Of a stretch of 64,000 nucleotides of DNA, positions 37,175-49,759 are shown piece after piece (position 1 is the first letter of the stretch; every line of letters begins with the position of its first letter). The notes below the pieces were generated by a model that was not told where the DNA came from, did no database searches, and was given only the letters and a program-made list of their open reading frames with translations. Where the stretch lies: NCBI GenBank assembly GCA_002269645.1, contig NIVC01000434.1, forward strand, positions 372,001-436,000. Direction: 5' to 3'. The position numbers were made by a program, and so were the translations under genes. This stretch comes from Macrostomum lignano (lineage: Eukaryota).

Positions 37175-38323
37175 GCGTTGAAAATCTTAGCATGCAAGCA
37201 AAAAGTGCTGGAAATAAAAATGAAGTCCAATTTTCAAGTTTGCAAATCAAGAATGCGCAAAAGATTATCAAAATAACATATACAGTGTCAATAAGGTCAA
37301 AACGTTATCAGACACGGCATTTTTTCAAGGTGTTAAAAATTTGACGTAGCAACTGCCGTACAATGCTTTCTGACGCATTTAGACAACAAAATGGCAGTTT
37401 TGGCCATAGAAATATTGTTTGGAAACCAGCTTCGAAGTGAGAAATCGGCTTCAAATCCTCGGCCTAATTGGCACTCTATACTACAGAAGTTCTGTGCTCT
37501 ATACTGAAGACTCCGCCAAAATGATACACTTGAAAGTACGAGAGTAAATAATTTATGGAAAGCCTACACGTTCAATCGTAGCTTAGAAGCTTCGGAACTT
37601 AGGATTCTGAAATTACTCTTTTCTCGTTGAGGTAATATAGATGGGCAGAGTTCGGGTTAGGTAGCTAAGCAGACAGCAAAAAGAATAACGCCATGAATGG
37701 CCGTAAAAGATATGAATAGAGGCTAAGATAACTTTAACAAACTCCACCCCCACAACAGCTGAAATTCATAGTTAATTTTCATTGAGAATGCAATGGAATT
37801 CAAAGAATGCTCAGAAACCGAATTAAACAGGCAAGAAGCTGTTTAAGATGACTCAGAACTTGAGTCTATTATTAGCAATAGAGAATTACTACGCTGCGCT
37901 TTTAAACCTATATAACTAAGACCAGCCTTTGACAAATACTGATATTTGTTTCGGCAGATATTGTAAGACAGAAAATACAAAGGTTTGCAAGCGACGAGCA
38001 ATCCACTTTTCATTTCTTTAGTTTTCTCTCCTACAGTTTTGAAGAGGAATGCGGGTGGTGTGTGGAAAATGAAATACATACGAAATAGGAAGGCTGCACA
38101 CGCACGCAAGAGAGGGCAGGAAGGAGACTGACAAGCGCGAGTCATAGCACGCGATGGAAGTATATGAAGAGGCTATAAATACCACGCATAAGCGTGCCAC
38201 ATCGCACCACCGTATCAAAACTACAACGGCATCTTAAAAATAGACGAAATAGAAAGTGGCAGAACTAAACGCTGGGATTCTCAACAAAAACTTTTGCAAA
38301 CCTATCCAGAAAAATCAATCCCT

Positions 38324-39235
38324 ATGACGTCATCGTCCGCCGTGGACTTAGTAATTTCGTTCGACACAACTTCCTCAATGCACACCGTTCTGGAGGCAGC
38401 TCGTCGCGATCTCGGTTTAATTTTGCGGTGTCTATTTAAAGCAGGTACAGATTTACGAGTCGGCCTCATTCTACACGGAGACTACGGTGACGAGTACGAG
38501 ACGCGACTATATCAGCCAACCGAAAGCATCAACCAGCTCGTCAAATTTCTTAAAGAGGCACCTAATACTTGCGGTCAAGATTACCCGGAGTGCTATGAGC
38601 TGGTGTTGCACCAGGCGGCAACAAAAGTGCACTGGCGTAAGCAGCCGGGGGTTTCGCGTTTGTTGGTACTACTAGGAGATGCAGTGCCACATGAGCTAAA
38701 CAGCAAACGCAATAAGTATCACCTGGACTGGCGCAATGAGGCGCGAGTCCTAGCAAGTATGAATGTATCTGTCTACTGTGTGGATTGTGGCGGAGTGGGC
38801 ACAGGATTTTACAGGTTTGCGCAAGAGCTTAGCAGCATCTGCAACGGCGCTGCAGTACCCTACCGCGGCATTCGTGAGCTACGCCACCTGCTAAAGCAAT
38901 TGCTTCTGCTGCTTCAGCAACAACCTACACAACGGACAATAGCGCATAATTCAATCGAGCGCCGATACAGGAGCTATCACTGCAATTCTCAAAGAGCGGA
39001 GAATTCACCAACTACAACATGCTGCTTTGCGGAACCAGCGCTGAAGTCATCAGTAAAAGCAAACCTTGGAAAGTGTGTTCCGCAGAGTATGACAACGCCG
39101 AATGAAGTAGTCTTGGCTTTGGCTAGAAGTGGAACAGTTGCCATCGGCAAAACAATGCACCTGGGCGCCAAACTGCTCATCAACCTGACACTGCTGTTCC
39201 TACTGTACTCCTTGTACGTAACCGCGTGTTTTTAG
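38324..39235 (+). CDS. Intronless von Willebrand factor A (vWA) domain protein, ~303 aa
   Basis: DLVISFDTTSSM (MIDAS-like), LRVGLILHGDY, DYPECYELVLH, LVLLGDAVPH. Divergent from the SMAD gene. The C-terminal part is less certain. Confidence 0.8.
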   Translation: MTSSSAVDLVISFDTTSSMHTVLEAARRDLGLILRCLFKAGTDLRVGLILHGDYGDEYETRLYQPTESINQLVKFLKEAPNTCGQDYPECYELVLHQAATKVHWRKQPGVSRLLVLLGDAVPHELNSKRNKYHLDWRNEARVLASMNVSVYCVDCGGVGTGFYRFAQELSSICNGAAVPYRGIRELRHLLKQLLLLLQQQPTQRTIAHNSIERRYRSYHCNSQRAENSPTTTCCFAEPALKSSVKANLGKCVPQSMTTPNEVVLALARSGTVAIGKTMHLGAKLLINLTLLFLLYSLYVTACF

Positions 39236-40153
39236 ATGAAAAAACGGAACAGTGCCAATTGAACAGTGCCAATTGAACAGTGCCAATTGAACAGTGCCTA
39301 AGCTTACAAAACAGCAAATTATTGTCACAATCGCTTGATGATACCGGTATTTCTACTTCTTTTAACTTCAATGCAATACTATGAAGTATACATTTAATCT
39401 GTTTTTGCTGTGATTTGCAGTGACCTAAACCAAAAATTGGAAGTGCTAAACATTACAAGTTGATTATGAAGTTGACCTGACGCACCAATTTAATGAATAG
39501 CTACGTAAAATTACTAGTTAGACTACAGTTCCTAATTTCTTATATACATGTTCTAAAATCGCAAAAATAAAATAATTAATAAAAGCTATTTATTCTGCTT
39601 CAAACGCCAGAAATCCATATAGAATATTATTAATTATTTTGTAAGACGCCACAGAGGGTTAAAGAGCATCAAAGTACTTGGTAATCCGAATATTAGATTA
39701 AAAAAATGAATCATGCGACTTGTGCAAGAGAAAAATTTAATCACAATAGAAAGTCTAAAGAGCGAAATAATCAAGAAGACTGCAAATGTCAGAGGGACAG
39801 CTGATACAGTGAATGAAGAGGCAAAGTTACTGTAGTCTGTCGTAATAAACTGTAATTACTGTTATTTTCACGAAATTTGAAAGTATACAAAAAACAAGTA
39901 CTATACATTTATTTCAACGTAAGAAGTGTGTCAGCATTGTTTACAGTTTCCAAGCTTGGCACAATTGAGATCAAAAACCAATTTCTTATAGTAATAAAGA
40001 ATCAACATTTCCGATCTATTTGTAGACAGACATTAAAAGTCACAAGACCGAACACACGCTCCTACATGAAGCTACAAAAAAGAGAATTACATACAAAGGC
40101 AGTATGTAACAGCAGACCTGAAACCTGAAGAAAAAAACTGTCGGGTTTAAATA

Positions 40154-41055
40154 AGAAATTATTAATATTGGTTTTTGCATGCCAAGTGAGACACTTTTCA
40201 AGCAATCTGAGACCGAATAGCAAAAACACTATTGTCTATGGCCACCACTCGCTGCAGCCCAGCTTTTTGGGATCGCCTTGCAAGCAAAGTGAGACATTTT
40301 TTCAAGCTAAGTGAGAACCATATTGAAAACAAAGGGGTGGTTTTACGAAATTACAAAATAATGTACTGTCGGAAACTATATATTTAGAAAAGGATACGCA
40401 GGAACACAACAAAACAAGCGGTACAAAAATTGTTGATAATGTTATAAGCGTTCAAATAAAGGGTTGCATGTTGATACACTGAGCAAACTTTTGAGTGCAG
40501 TGGAGCTCCCAGCCTGCGATTTTGTGCGGAGTAATGACATGCAGCGATTCTCTTCCAAGCCGATCCATCAGCATGTATCGCCAATCATCTCGTGTCATGC
40601 CTGGTGGGCAAACGTTTTCCTCAGCCACGATTGCGGGCTCTACAAGGCGACGCTTAATCTCATTCTTAAGAGCGCTGTGCGCCATCTCCACGGGATTCAA
40701 AAACGGCGAGTACGCCGGTAAAATTTGCAGACGAATGAGATCCTCAAACTGCTCAGGTATCTCAATCCCTTGGTGAAAATTTGGACCATCGAAAATGAGT
40801 AACCATCTTCGACGGCATTGACCAGGCGCTCTCTATCCTCGTTGCTTGTTAGACGCAGTTGATTTGCCATAGCCCAGCCTTTGTTTTCAATATGGTTCTC
40901 ACTTAGCTTTAAAAATGTCTCACTTTGCTTGCAAGGCGATCCCAAAAAGCTGGGCTGCAGCGAGGGGTGGCCATAGACAACAGTGTTTTTGCTATTCAGT
41001 CTCAGACCGCTTGAAAAATGTCTCACTCAGCATGCAAAAACCAATATTAATTTCT
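40154..41055 (-). mobile_element. Internally deleted Tc1/mariner-IS630 superfamily transposon
   Basis: ~180-bp TIRs (~40154-40337 and ~40877-41055). N-terminal remnant LTSNEDRERLVNAVEDG is joined out of frame to PAYSPFLNPVEMAHSALK (YSPxLNPxE DDE motif). Exact ends approximate. Confidence 0.85.
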
Positions 41056-41644
41056 AAATAAAGAGAACTGGTACAGAGTCACTATGACCAACAATGCTTA
41101 TCCATATACGCAACAATAGAAAACAACAAAATTCATCAATTGATCTTAAAAATATCAAAATATTTACACAGCTTAGACTGTAATCAGAATAGATTAGAAC
41201 CCATATTCTAAATCTGATTGCTGCATTGCTGCTATCGAATGAAAAAACCAAATCATCATATTATTCGTAAGATTTCGATCAAAATTATTTCTTTTCGGGA
41301 AAAATATCGAACCGAGAACTGACGCCACATGCATTCGCTAGTAAGTCTCTGTAGTTGCCTGCCTATAGGACGTGACGTCAGCTGATACAAAATTGAAACT
41401 ATATGCTTTAGAGTAAATATTCGCGGAAGGATTGCGGGCACCCTGGTGCAACGCCTTCGGCGACATCGTATTTATCCCGAATAGAAACCAGTGCTGAGGC
41501 AATTCTGCCCCCTACGAAGCGTACTTCAGTAGAGAGAAATGAATGTTAGAATTCACACATCGAAAAGTATAAATATATCGCTACTTGTGACTGCTAGTTT
41601 GGAAAGAAAACTATGCGAACAATTTTTGCACAAAGATGTAACTG

Positions 41645-44600
41645 CTACACCTTAACAATGTCCAGAGAAAGGGACAGCGGCAATAGAGGGCAGCTAGAGT
41701 CTGCAACACGAAAAAGCTGGCCCCAGGTAGAATCAGAGCCCGTTTCACTTGGCAGCTGGCGAATCTGCGCCCGGACCGACAGCCAGCGAGCGTCATTGGC
41801 CACCTCGCCAGAGTAGAAGCTCTCCTGAACAGTGACGCTGGTGCCAGTATCGCTTGACAGGCAGGTCTCCACTACAACTCCGCAGTGATTGGCTGCCAGC
41901 GACAGCATAAGTCGCAGGTTGGCCAGACGGTAGTCGCCGCCCAAAGCGGATAAATCGACGCGCCATTCAATACTGCCGATTTCGTTAGAGCCGCCGCGTT
42001 CGCGGCAAAGAAAGGCAACCTTTGGAATTTTTACACGGAGTAATTGTGAATTACCTCAGATCAAAGTAATTTATGATCTGCATACACAACTGGACTTGAC
42101 TAGGTAGAGTATAGGTGGGGATTTTTTATTTTGAACAGCAAAGGGTGCTAGTATCTGAGGCGCCAACCATGGGGTCCCTGGTTGAAACAAGCCTCAGTTC
42201 TACATAGCCTTTCTTGCTGGGCATGGCCTTGCAACGACGCTGATTACAGAATGGTCACAGAATATCACAGGCCACAGTCCTTAAATACATATACACTTAG
42301 TTTAAAACATAGCCAACTGCCATTCAAAAACTACCTTCCTCCCTGGACAGCCGGGATTGTCCTCTAAAACGCGGCGCAGGTTGCTGGTAGAAAAGGTGCA
42401 ACTGCGCCAACCGATGGTTGCCGAATGATCATCGCTAGATCTGGTGTACTTATCGCTGAATATGTCGTAGGTCAGGGCCAACTGACCGCTGGCTAATTCG
42501 CGTTCCGTTGGCGTGATAACGTACCCACCAAGGCCGCTGTCGCCAGCGCCATCAACATTGGCAGCTTTTCTTGACTGATCGATGGTGCTCAGACTGGATG
42601 CAGCATTGTCAGACGCACTGCCCGATGCAGACGATGAAGATGCTGGCGCAGGCGTGTTTGATGACAGTGCACCCGGTGCTTTTGCCGCTGAAACTGCTGA
42701 TGAAGCGCTTTCGTCAGTCAATGAGTCCGGTTGCAGCTCCACTATGAAACTGAATGGCGAGCCTCCAGATCTGCGATGGTGTTTTATTATCAGAAAATTT
42801 GTCTCAACAAGCTAAAAATGGAATCGAACCCAGGCGATGCTGGTCTACATCAAGACTAAGACCAAGGCTAGACTCAATTAGCCAGGTTAAACAAAACTTC
42901 GAGTTGTATAGCGTGGCGTAATTTCTTTGCCCGCATGGCGTAATTTCTTTGCCCACAAAGCAAGCTTATCGCGCCACTCTCCCTACCGTCTACTTTTTAG
43001 TAGAAAAACTCTGGCATAGTTTCAAATTGTAAGCGCCTCTGCGGAACGCCTTCGGCGACATACTCACGATCAGCGCTAAGGCGATTCTGCCCGTTCCGCG
43101 GACTTCTGAACACATGCAAGCAGGCCAATACTGTACACAGGCACTGACTTTCTAATAATAGTCATAGCTCTGCCCTAGTTTACACATTAGTTATCCCTAA
43201 GTAGAATGGCGAGTTGGACTGCACATTGCCGTACCCGTCCAGTGAGCGGCGAAACAACTGACACTTCTGCCATGCCAAGTCGCCCTGGCCGCCAGCGAGT
43301 CGAGCCGTGACTCTCACAGATTTGGCGCCGGCGCCCTGAGTCTCGAAGCGGAAGCATTCAGCTTTTGACTCGGCGACTTGGCTTCCATCAAGTTCCACCG
43401 ACCATCGAACGCTAGCCGAGCTATCAAAAATCTTGGCCTCGGCGTTTACACAGATTTTGCCAACGGTGAAGCCGCTGCCAGCGAGGTCGATCAGCCAGGA
43501 AGCCTCGCCATCAGTTCTTGATGGACAGCCCTCTGGCCGGCAGAGATAGACCATCTGCCAGTCTGACTCGAGCTTCCGTGCCAGCCTACTGCACCGGTTT
43601 AAGCAGGCATGCCATCCAGAAATGGTATCGACATTGTTCCCGGCTGCGCGCTGATAGACATCCTTAACGGGATCGTAGGTGAGGCAAATTTTGCAGACAG
43701 CAGCTTCATAGCTATTCGGTGTAAACTTGAAGTCGCGTCTAGACGTTTCGTTGGAGCCCGCAGTGGTCGAGGTTTCGCCGCGGTTCAGGCGCCAAACAAG
43801 GGAGCCGCTCTGACGGCCCTGTAGTTCAGCAGAGTTGGTGCCGAGTCGACGCGGCGTAAGGAACTCAACAATTTCGCGAACGCGTCGAAGGCGCAGAAGA
43901 CGTTTGCGTTCGGTGCCCAGGTGTAGATAATCGTTCTGTTGTGTTATTGGGGATCATATGAAATATAATAAACTGTGAAAAGCAAAACAAGCAGCTACTA
44001 ATTTTTTTAGGCTGCGTATTAGAAGCAGAGGGGCACTTCAAGCGACACCCTGGTACACCCTGGTGCACTTCAAGCGACATTGTCACACAAACATTATATA
44101 ATGGGCATTACTGCCCATTCCGCCGACTTCCCTGTCACACAAGCAGACACACAAGCGCACGGATTTGTACGCAGTCATACGCACTGGAGTGTACAGCATC
44201 CCTAACTTTATTTATCGTTAGGTATGTTCCTTCGCTGTGCCTTGTGGGTTGGCCCTCAAGGGCGTTAATTGCACGAGCAGAGCCAAGCCGAGATTCTCAT
44301 TTAGCCCTCCCCCAAATAATATGACTGCACTTTGAATTGAGCACATCAGAGTGCCGCACTAGACCACTGGGCTACGCCCTCTCATTACGCATCAAGGTTA
44401 GAAAGGGACTCTTAGGGCACTGATGCGAATCAAGGCAAAAATCTGGTCCATGCACACGCTCAAACAGGGTGTACAGCGGCATTGACTTTCCCTGTGGTCT
44501 GTGAGCTGGCCCTCATGGGACTGGCAAGCTAACAACTAACACAAAGCATATGGTTAAAAAATGATTTGGCCCCCTAACCTGCAGGGTGCGCTCCAGACAA

Positions 44601-45495
44601 TCGACAACCTGATCCAACCAGATCTCATTGACGCGCCGCCTAGTCAGCAGCTGCTTGTGCTCCGCTGAATAGCGCCACGACACGTCAACAAGTTCTTCAT
44701 GCGACATGGCGAATACGAAACTAAGCGACTTCTTCCAGCCGCTCTCGTACACCAGTGGGGCATCGATGAGATTTTCGCACGGATCAACATGCAGCCAGCG
44801 CTGCTCCAGCTCGCTAAAAACTTCAACCCACACGTGGTCGGTGACGTCATAAATGAAGCGCGTATCGAAGTTAAGAGCGCGGCACAGCAAATAAAAGCAA
44901 TTAGCCCACTCTCCGCAGCGACCATGCCGGGTTTGCAGTAGCTTCTCTGGATGATTGTAGCGCGGAAATCGTTCCACACGTTGGCACCGCTGACAGTAGT
45001 GCGATTCGACCCGAATGGCGCCGTAGCGGCGCTCCTCTTCGTTAGGCGGCAGGTTGGCGGCGTTGCTGCTGGATTGGCAGTCCTGATGGCACACGCTGCA
45101 CTTGGGGCTGTTGGTCCACTTGAAGAACTCATTCTGCGGGTTAGACAGAGACTCAATAATATATATGGGTTTAAACGGTTTTAAACATCGCCGTGGAATG
45201 GGCCAGGGTAGCTCAACGATAAAAGTGTCTGACTCTGAGACCCCGAATTCTATTCGGTGCGCGGCCACATTTATCGAACGAAATTTGGCCAGAGGGTTGA
45301 CGTGCGATTCACAGCCATAAAATTGTACATGCTCGACTATTAGAAGTCAGTGCAGCTGTACACACCGTGTGAGCGTGTTTACGAGGATAGATAGTAGATA
45401 GGTGGATGGATGGATGGATGGATGGATGGATGGATGGATGGATGGACGATGGATGAATGGATAAAAAGATAGATAGATAGATGGATAGATAGATG

Positions 45496-45529
<34 letters not shown>

Positions 45530-45694
45530 AAGATAGAAAGATATATATATATAGATAGATAGAAAGAAAGATAGATAGATAGATGGATAGATAGATGGAT
45601 AGAAAGAAAGATAGATAGATAGATAGAAAGAAAGATAGATAGATAGCTAGATAGATAGAAAGATAGATGGATAGATAGATAGAAAGAAAGATAT

Positions 45695-45768
<74 letters not shown>

Positions 45769-45849
45769 AAGATAGATAGATAGATGGATAGATAGAAAGA
45801 TAGAAAGATATATAGGTAGATAGAAAGAAAGATAGATAGATAGATGGAT

Positions 45850-45884
<35 letters not shown>

Positions 45885-45919
45885 AAGAAAGAAAGATAGA
45901 TAGCTAGATAGATAGAAAG

Positions 45920-45954
<35 letters not shown>

Positions 45955-48708
45955 ACCATCGCTGCGGTTGGGCTGCAATTAAGCAGAGCAAGGAAAAAGC
46001 TAGTTGCTGGAGACCATCGATCTGGTGCAAACTTGAGTATAAATCTGTGAGCCTATAAAGCGCCAACTTGGGTGGTAGGACTTGCATGGCCAACTCTCAG
46101 GAACACGGGAAACATGGAAAAGACACCCCCCGAACCAAAAAAGGGGTCGAGGCGGACCAACTCAGACGGAGAAACATTATTTATCTGCACAAGTTTTTGA
46201 TATTGGGAGCAGCAAAATCTTGTTTCAAAACAACATTTTTTCACCGAATCAATCAGTTTTAACGCCTGTTTTAAAAATTCTTGCATAACAACTTCAAAAA
46301 GAAATGACTACCATAAAAAAAACAAAATATTACAGGAGTCGCACCTTAAACCAAGCCGTTAACTCGCACAGCAGTGCATCTCGCTCAGCTGCTGGGACTT
46401 GCGCCTCAGTCAATTGGCACCCTCCGCTGTTGCCAGCTGACAGCTGCTGGCGCACCCGCGTCCTGGCGGCTTCCTCCAAACGCGTCAAAGGTATGCACTC
46501 GCGAGCTCGGGACTAGAAGAAGCAAAGAGCAAAAATTTACTCAAACATTTCCCGCTTTCTCCCGCCTTGCAAATACATCGAACTCCGATTGTTAAGATTT
46601 TCTGTCAAAGTGAAATACACTTAGCTGGTTACCTATTTTTTTAGCTGGTCATTTGCCAGATCTTTACCAGGTGGCTATTTGCCAGAAAACCGTGTCCTAG
46701 TTGGTCATTTGCCAGACCTTTACCAGGTGGCTATTTGCCAGAAAACCGTGTCCTAGTTGGTCATTTGCCAGACCTTTACCAGGTGGCTATTTGCCAGAAA
46801 ACCGTGTCCTAGTTGGTCATTTGCCAGACCTTTACCAGGTGGCTATTTGCCAGGAAAACCGTGTCCTAGCTGGCCATTTGCCAGACCTTTACCAGGTGGC
46901 TATTTGCCAGAAAACCGTGTCCTAGCTGGCCATTTGCCAGACCTTTACCAGGTGGCTATTTGCCAGAAAACCGTGTCCTAGCTGGCCATTTGCCAGACCT
47001 TTACCAGGTGGCTATTTGCCAGAAAACCGTGTCCTAGCTGGCCATTTGCCAGACCTTTACCAGGTGGCTATTTGCCAGAAAACCGTGTCCTAGCTGGCCA
47101 TTTGCCAGACCTTTACCAGGTGGCTATTTGCCAGAAAACCGTGTCCTAGCTGGCCATTTGCCAGACCTTTACCAGGTGGCTATTTGCCAGACAATTGTGT
47201 CCTAGCTGGCCATTTGCCAGCCAGACATTTCCTAGCCGGCCATTTGCCAGCCAGACATTTCCCAGCCCAGCAAGCGGGCTAGCAGGCAATGCAGGCCATA
47301 AATAGCATGAAAAAATGAACCTACATGAAACATTAACCTACATGAAACCTACATGGCATATGCTTTACCTGCAGGCCGGGATCTTCATATTTTGGCATGC
47401 CGCTGAGGTGAGACATCAGACTAAACACGAGCTGATGATTGGTAGCCTTGGGCGACGCCAGGGCTGGAATCATGTTCACGTAGATACTGGGCAGATGACG
47501 AGAATCGGTAACTACGCGCACTAGCTGGTTGCGTATCTTGGCAACGCGAACCAGAGGTCCGGGAGCCAGCTCAAAGTACTCGCCATTGTTGCTACGTCCG
47601 GAATCGTCTGTGAAGCCCATAGCGAATAGGCACTCGATGCCGCCAGACACTGGCAGCAGCTTCTCTGACACGGTATTGCTGGACACTTTCAATCGGCGAT
47701 ATTTCTCGTCTAGCGGGTGCGCCAAGATGTTGTCCGCTATGCGCAGCAGAATGTTAGCGGCGGACCGGGCCAGCCCTGGCTCATTCTCCAGCAAAGCAGC
47801 CACGCATTCATCGAGCTGAGGTCTCAGCTGCTGAATACGGTTAATCAGTTCTAACTGGTTGAAGCCGCGCTGACGCCACACCTAGTATTGTTTTAATTAG
47901 TCATAAAATCGTTTCAAATGTTGCAGAAGTTGCAGATAGGAACGTATCGCTTTTAGATAAAAATAGCAATTTAAATTTCATTCAAAAGCAGCTTAAGTTT
48001 GTCGCTAAACAAGGCAAATATTAGTAACTTTATGACACTGTTCATATTGAATTGTTCAAGTGACCGAGATATATGGATTTTTCATCTGAAGCACATGTCT
48101 GTAGACCAATGATACGAGTGTAGTGACTGTGTTCCAACCTAAGGCTGTCATTGTACATGCTCAGGGGCAATCAGGGCGCCCCCATACCTGCTCACTGATT
48201 TAGCGCTGGCTAATGTACATTACGGCTGGGCCCAACAGTAAGCAGTTTACGTCTGCAAGTCACACCAACGGCCAATATTTTTATATAAAAAATAGCTTAC
48301 GAATTCTTTCTTACTACTGAACTAGTAGTTCATCTATTTATTTATAGCATCATTGTACGTGTAAAACTAATGAAAAGGATAATAATTTTTTTACTATCTG
48401 ATGCAATGTTGCGATTTTATGCCAAAAAACAATGCATTTACCTCCTGACCATCCAGAAAGAGAATGATAGTAGGAAAAGCGTTGACGTCGAACGACATAG
48501 CGCAAGCCTCGTTGGCGGGACTCTCGTCCGACACTAATACACCGAAGGACACGTCCGACAGGCACGAGGCCATAACGTTAACTAGCGGCTTGGCTCGATT
48601 GCACGGCTGGCACCAGGACGCGCTAAACATTATCACGACAAGATGCCCCTGAGACTCTGTGGCTATTGTCTCCTGTAGGCTAGCGGAGTTCAAAGGAATA
48701 AGATGCAT
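41645..48708 (-). CDS. NGLY1: Peptide:N-glycanase with thioredoxin-PUB-transglutaminase-PAW-PAW architecture, 1004 aa predicted
   Basis: Exons 48708-48442, 47881-47369, 46512-46345, 45133-44579, 43935-43235, 42770-42335, 42019-41645; all GT-AG, phases compatible, 3015 nt. Motifs WCQPC; PUB NILAHPLDEKYRRL...GGIECLFAMGF; Zn pairs CSVC and CQRC; catalytic GRCGEWANCF and DHVWVEV...HVDPCE; two PAW repeats. Confidence 0.9.
45385..45950. repeat. GGAT/GATA/GAAA microsatellite in NGLY1 intron 3
   Basis: Long (gata)n tract with variants; explains the spurious YLSI ORF. Confidence 0.97.
46640..47260. repeat. 56-bp tandem repeat in NGLY1 intron 2
   Basis: ttgccagaaaaccgtgtcctagctggccatttgccagacctttaccaggtggctat repeated about 9-10 times. 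Confidence 0.95.
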
Positions 48709-49039
48709 TTTGGACAAGCAGAAACATGGGGGGCATTCAGAGATTTTCTTAGCATAAAATTGAGTCATATTTTGACTGCCGAACCTACACCATTCACACT
48801 TGAAAGCCTAGATTTTTTGTCACAGCTTGTGTCACTGACATCCTGAATTTGGACTTCACATTCCAGTTTAGGTAAGTTTCATATTTATGTATAAACTATC
48901 AATATAAACTATCAATAGTAATTTTATATAACTATTGGGACTCTAGAGATAGTTTAAATACCCTGTTAAGTATAACCCTAATAATAATAAAATTAATAAT
49001 AATAATAATTATAATAATAATAATCATCATCATCGTCAT

Positions 49040-49331
49040 TGATTACACCTGCCCTAATGGGCAGATGTGCAACCGACAGCTCAGCCACAGCTATTGCGAG
49101 GCGAATCTGAAGGCTGCGTACGACTGTTCAGTCCAAGGACTGGGGTCGGCACACACATCCTCAACTACCCCAGCTAATGTTGGCATCCATTTTACAGCTG
49201 GGTGAACTGAAGAAATGCAGAGTTAAGTGTCTTGCTCAAGGACACAGATTGTCTCAAGTGGGATCGGGGAATCGAACCCCCGACCTTTCAGTCGAGGGTC
49301 CGACGCTCTGACCACTAGGCTACAACCCCCC
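49040..49331 (-). mobile_element. SINE family A copy with an AAT/CAT simple-repeat tail (others at ~52570-52794 and ~61745-61973, minus strand)
   Basis: Reverse complement matches 14209-14474, including A and B boxes and the ccttgagcaagacacttaac core. Confidence 0.85.
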
Positions 49332-49759
49332 TAAACCCTTAACTTAGGGTAACATCTTTTTTATATATATAACAAAAATCTATTATTACCAAAAGTACAA
49401 AAAGCAAGATGATGATATTTTCACAATATAAAAGGCAACTTGAAAAAGTTCTAGAATATAAAGACTCTACGCCGATTAGATTGCCTCATTATTTTCAGTT
49501 GCATATATTTCACATTAAACCATTAAGTCTAATAGAGCTAGGTGAATGGCCATCATTTCAATGTGAACTTGCAAGGCCTACACTGTATGGGAATGCAACA
49601 CTAAGCAAGCAGAAAATGTCATATAAAGCCCATAACAGAGGCCATCGAACTTCTGTTTTTTAAATGTGATGACAAGATTGACGATTCTAGGAAAATAATC
49701 GGCATTTTAATATTCACTAGGAATACAGATTAAGCTGAATACGAAAATAGCCACATATC

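Noticed and set aside
41645-42742. Stand-alone PAW gene, as the ORF track suggests
   Set aside because: No ATG start, and a phase-compatible splice from NGLY1 exon 5 completes PAW1, so it was merged into NGLY1.
45647-46093. 148-aa hydrophobic ORF (YLSI repeats)
   Set aside because: Translation of the GATA microsatellite.
48394-48768. Separate thioredoxin gene
   Set aside because: The domain is incomplete within the exon; its C-terminal part lies in the next exon, which is continuous with PUB.
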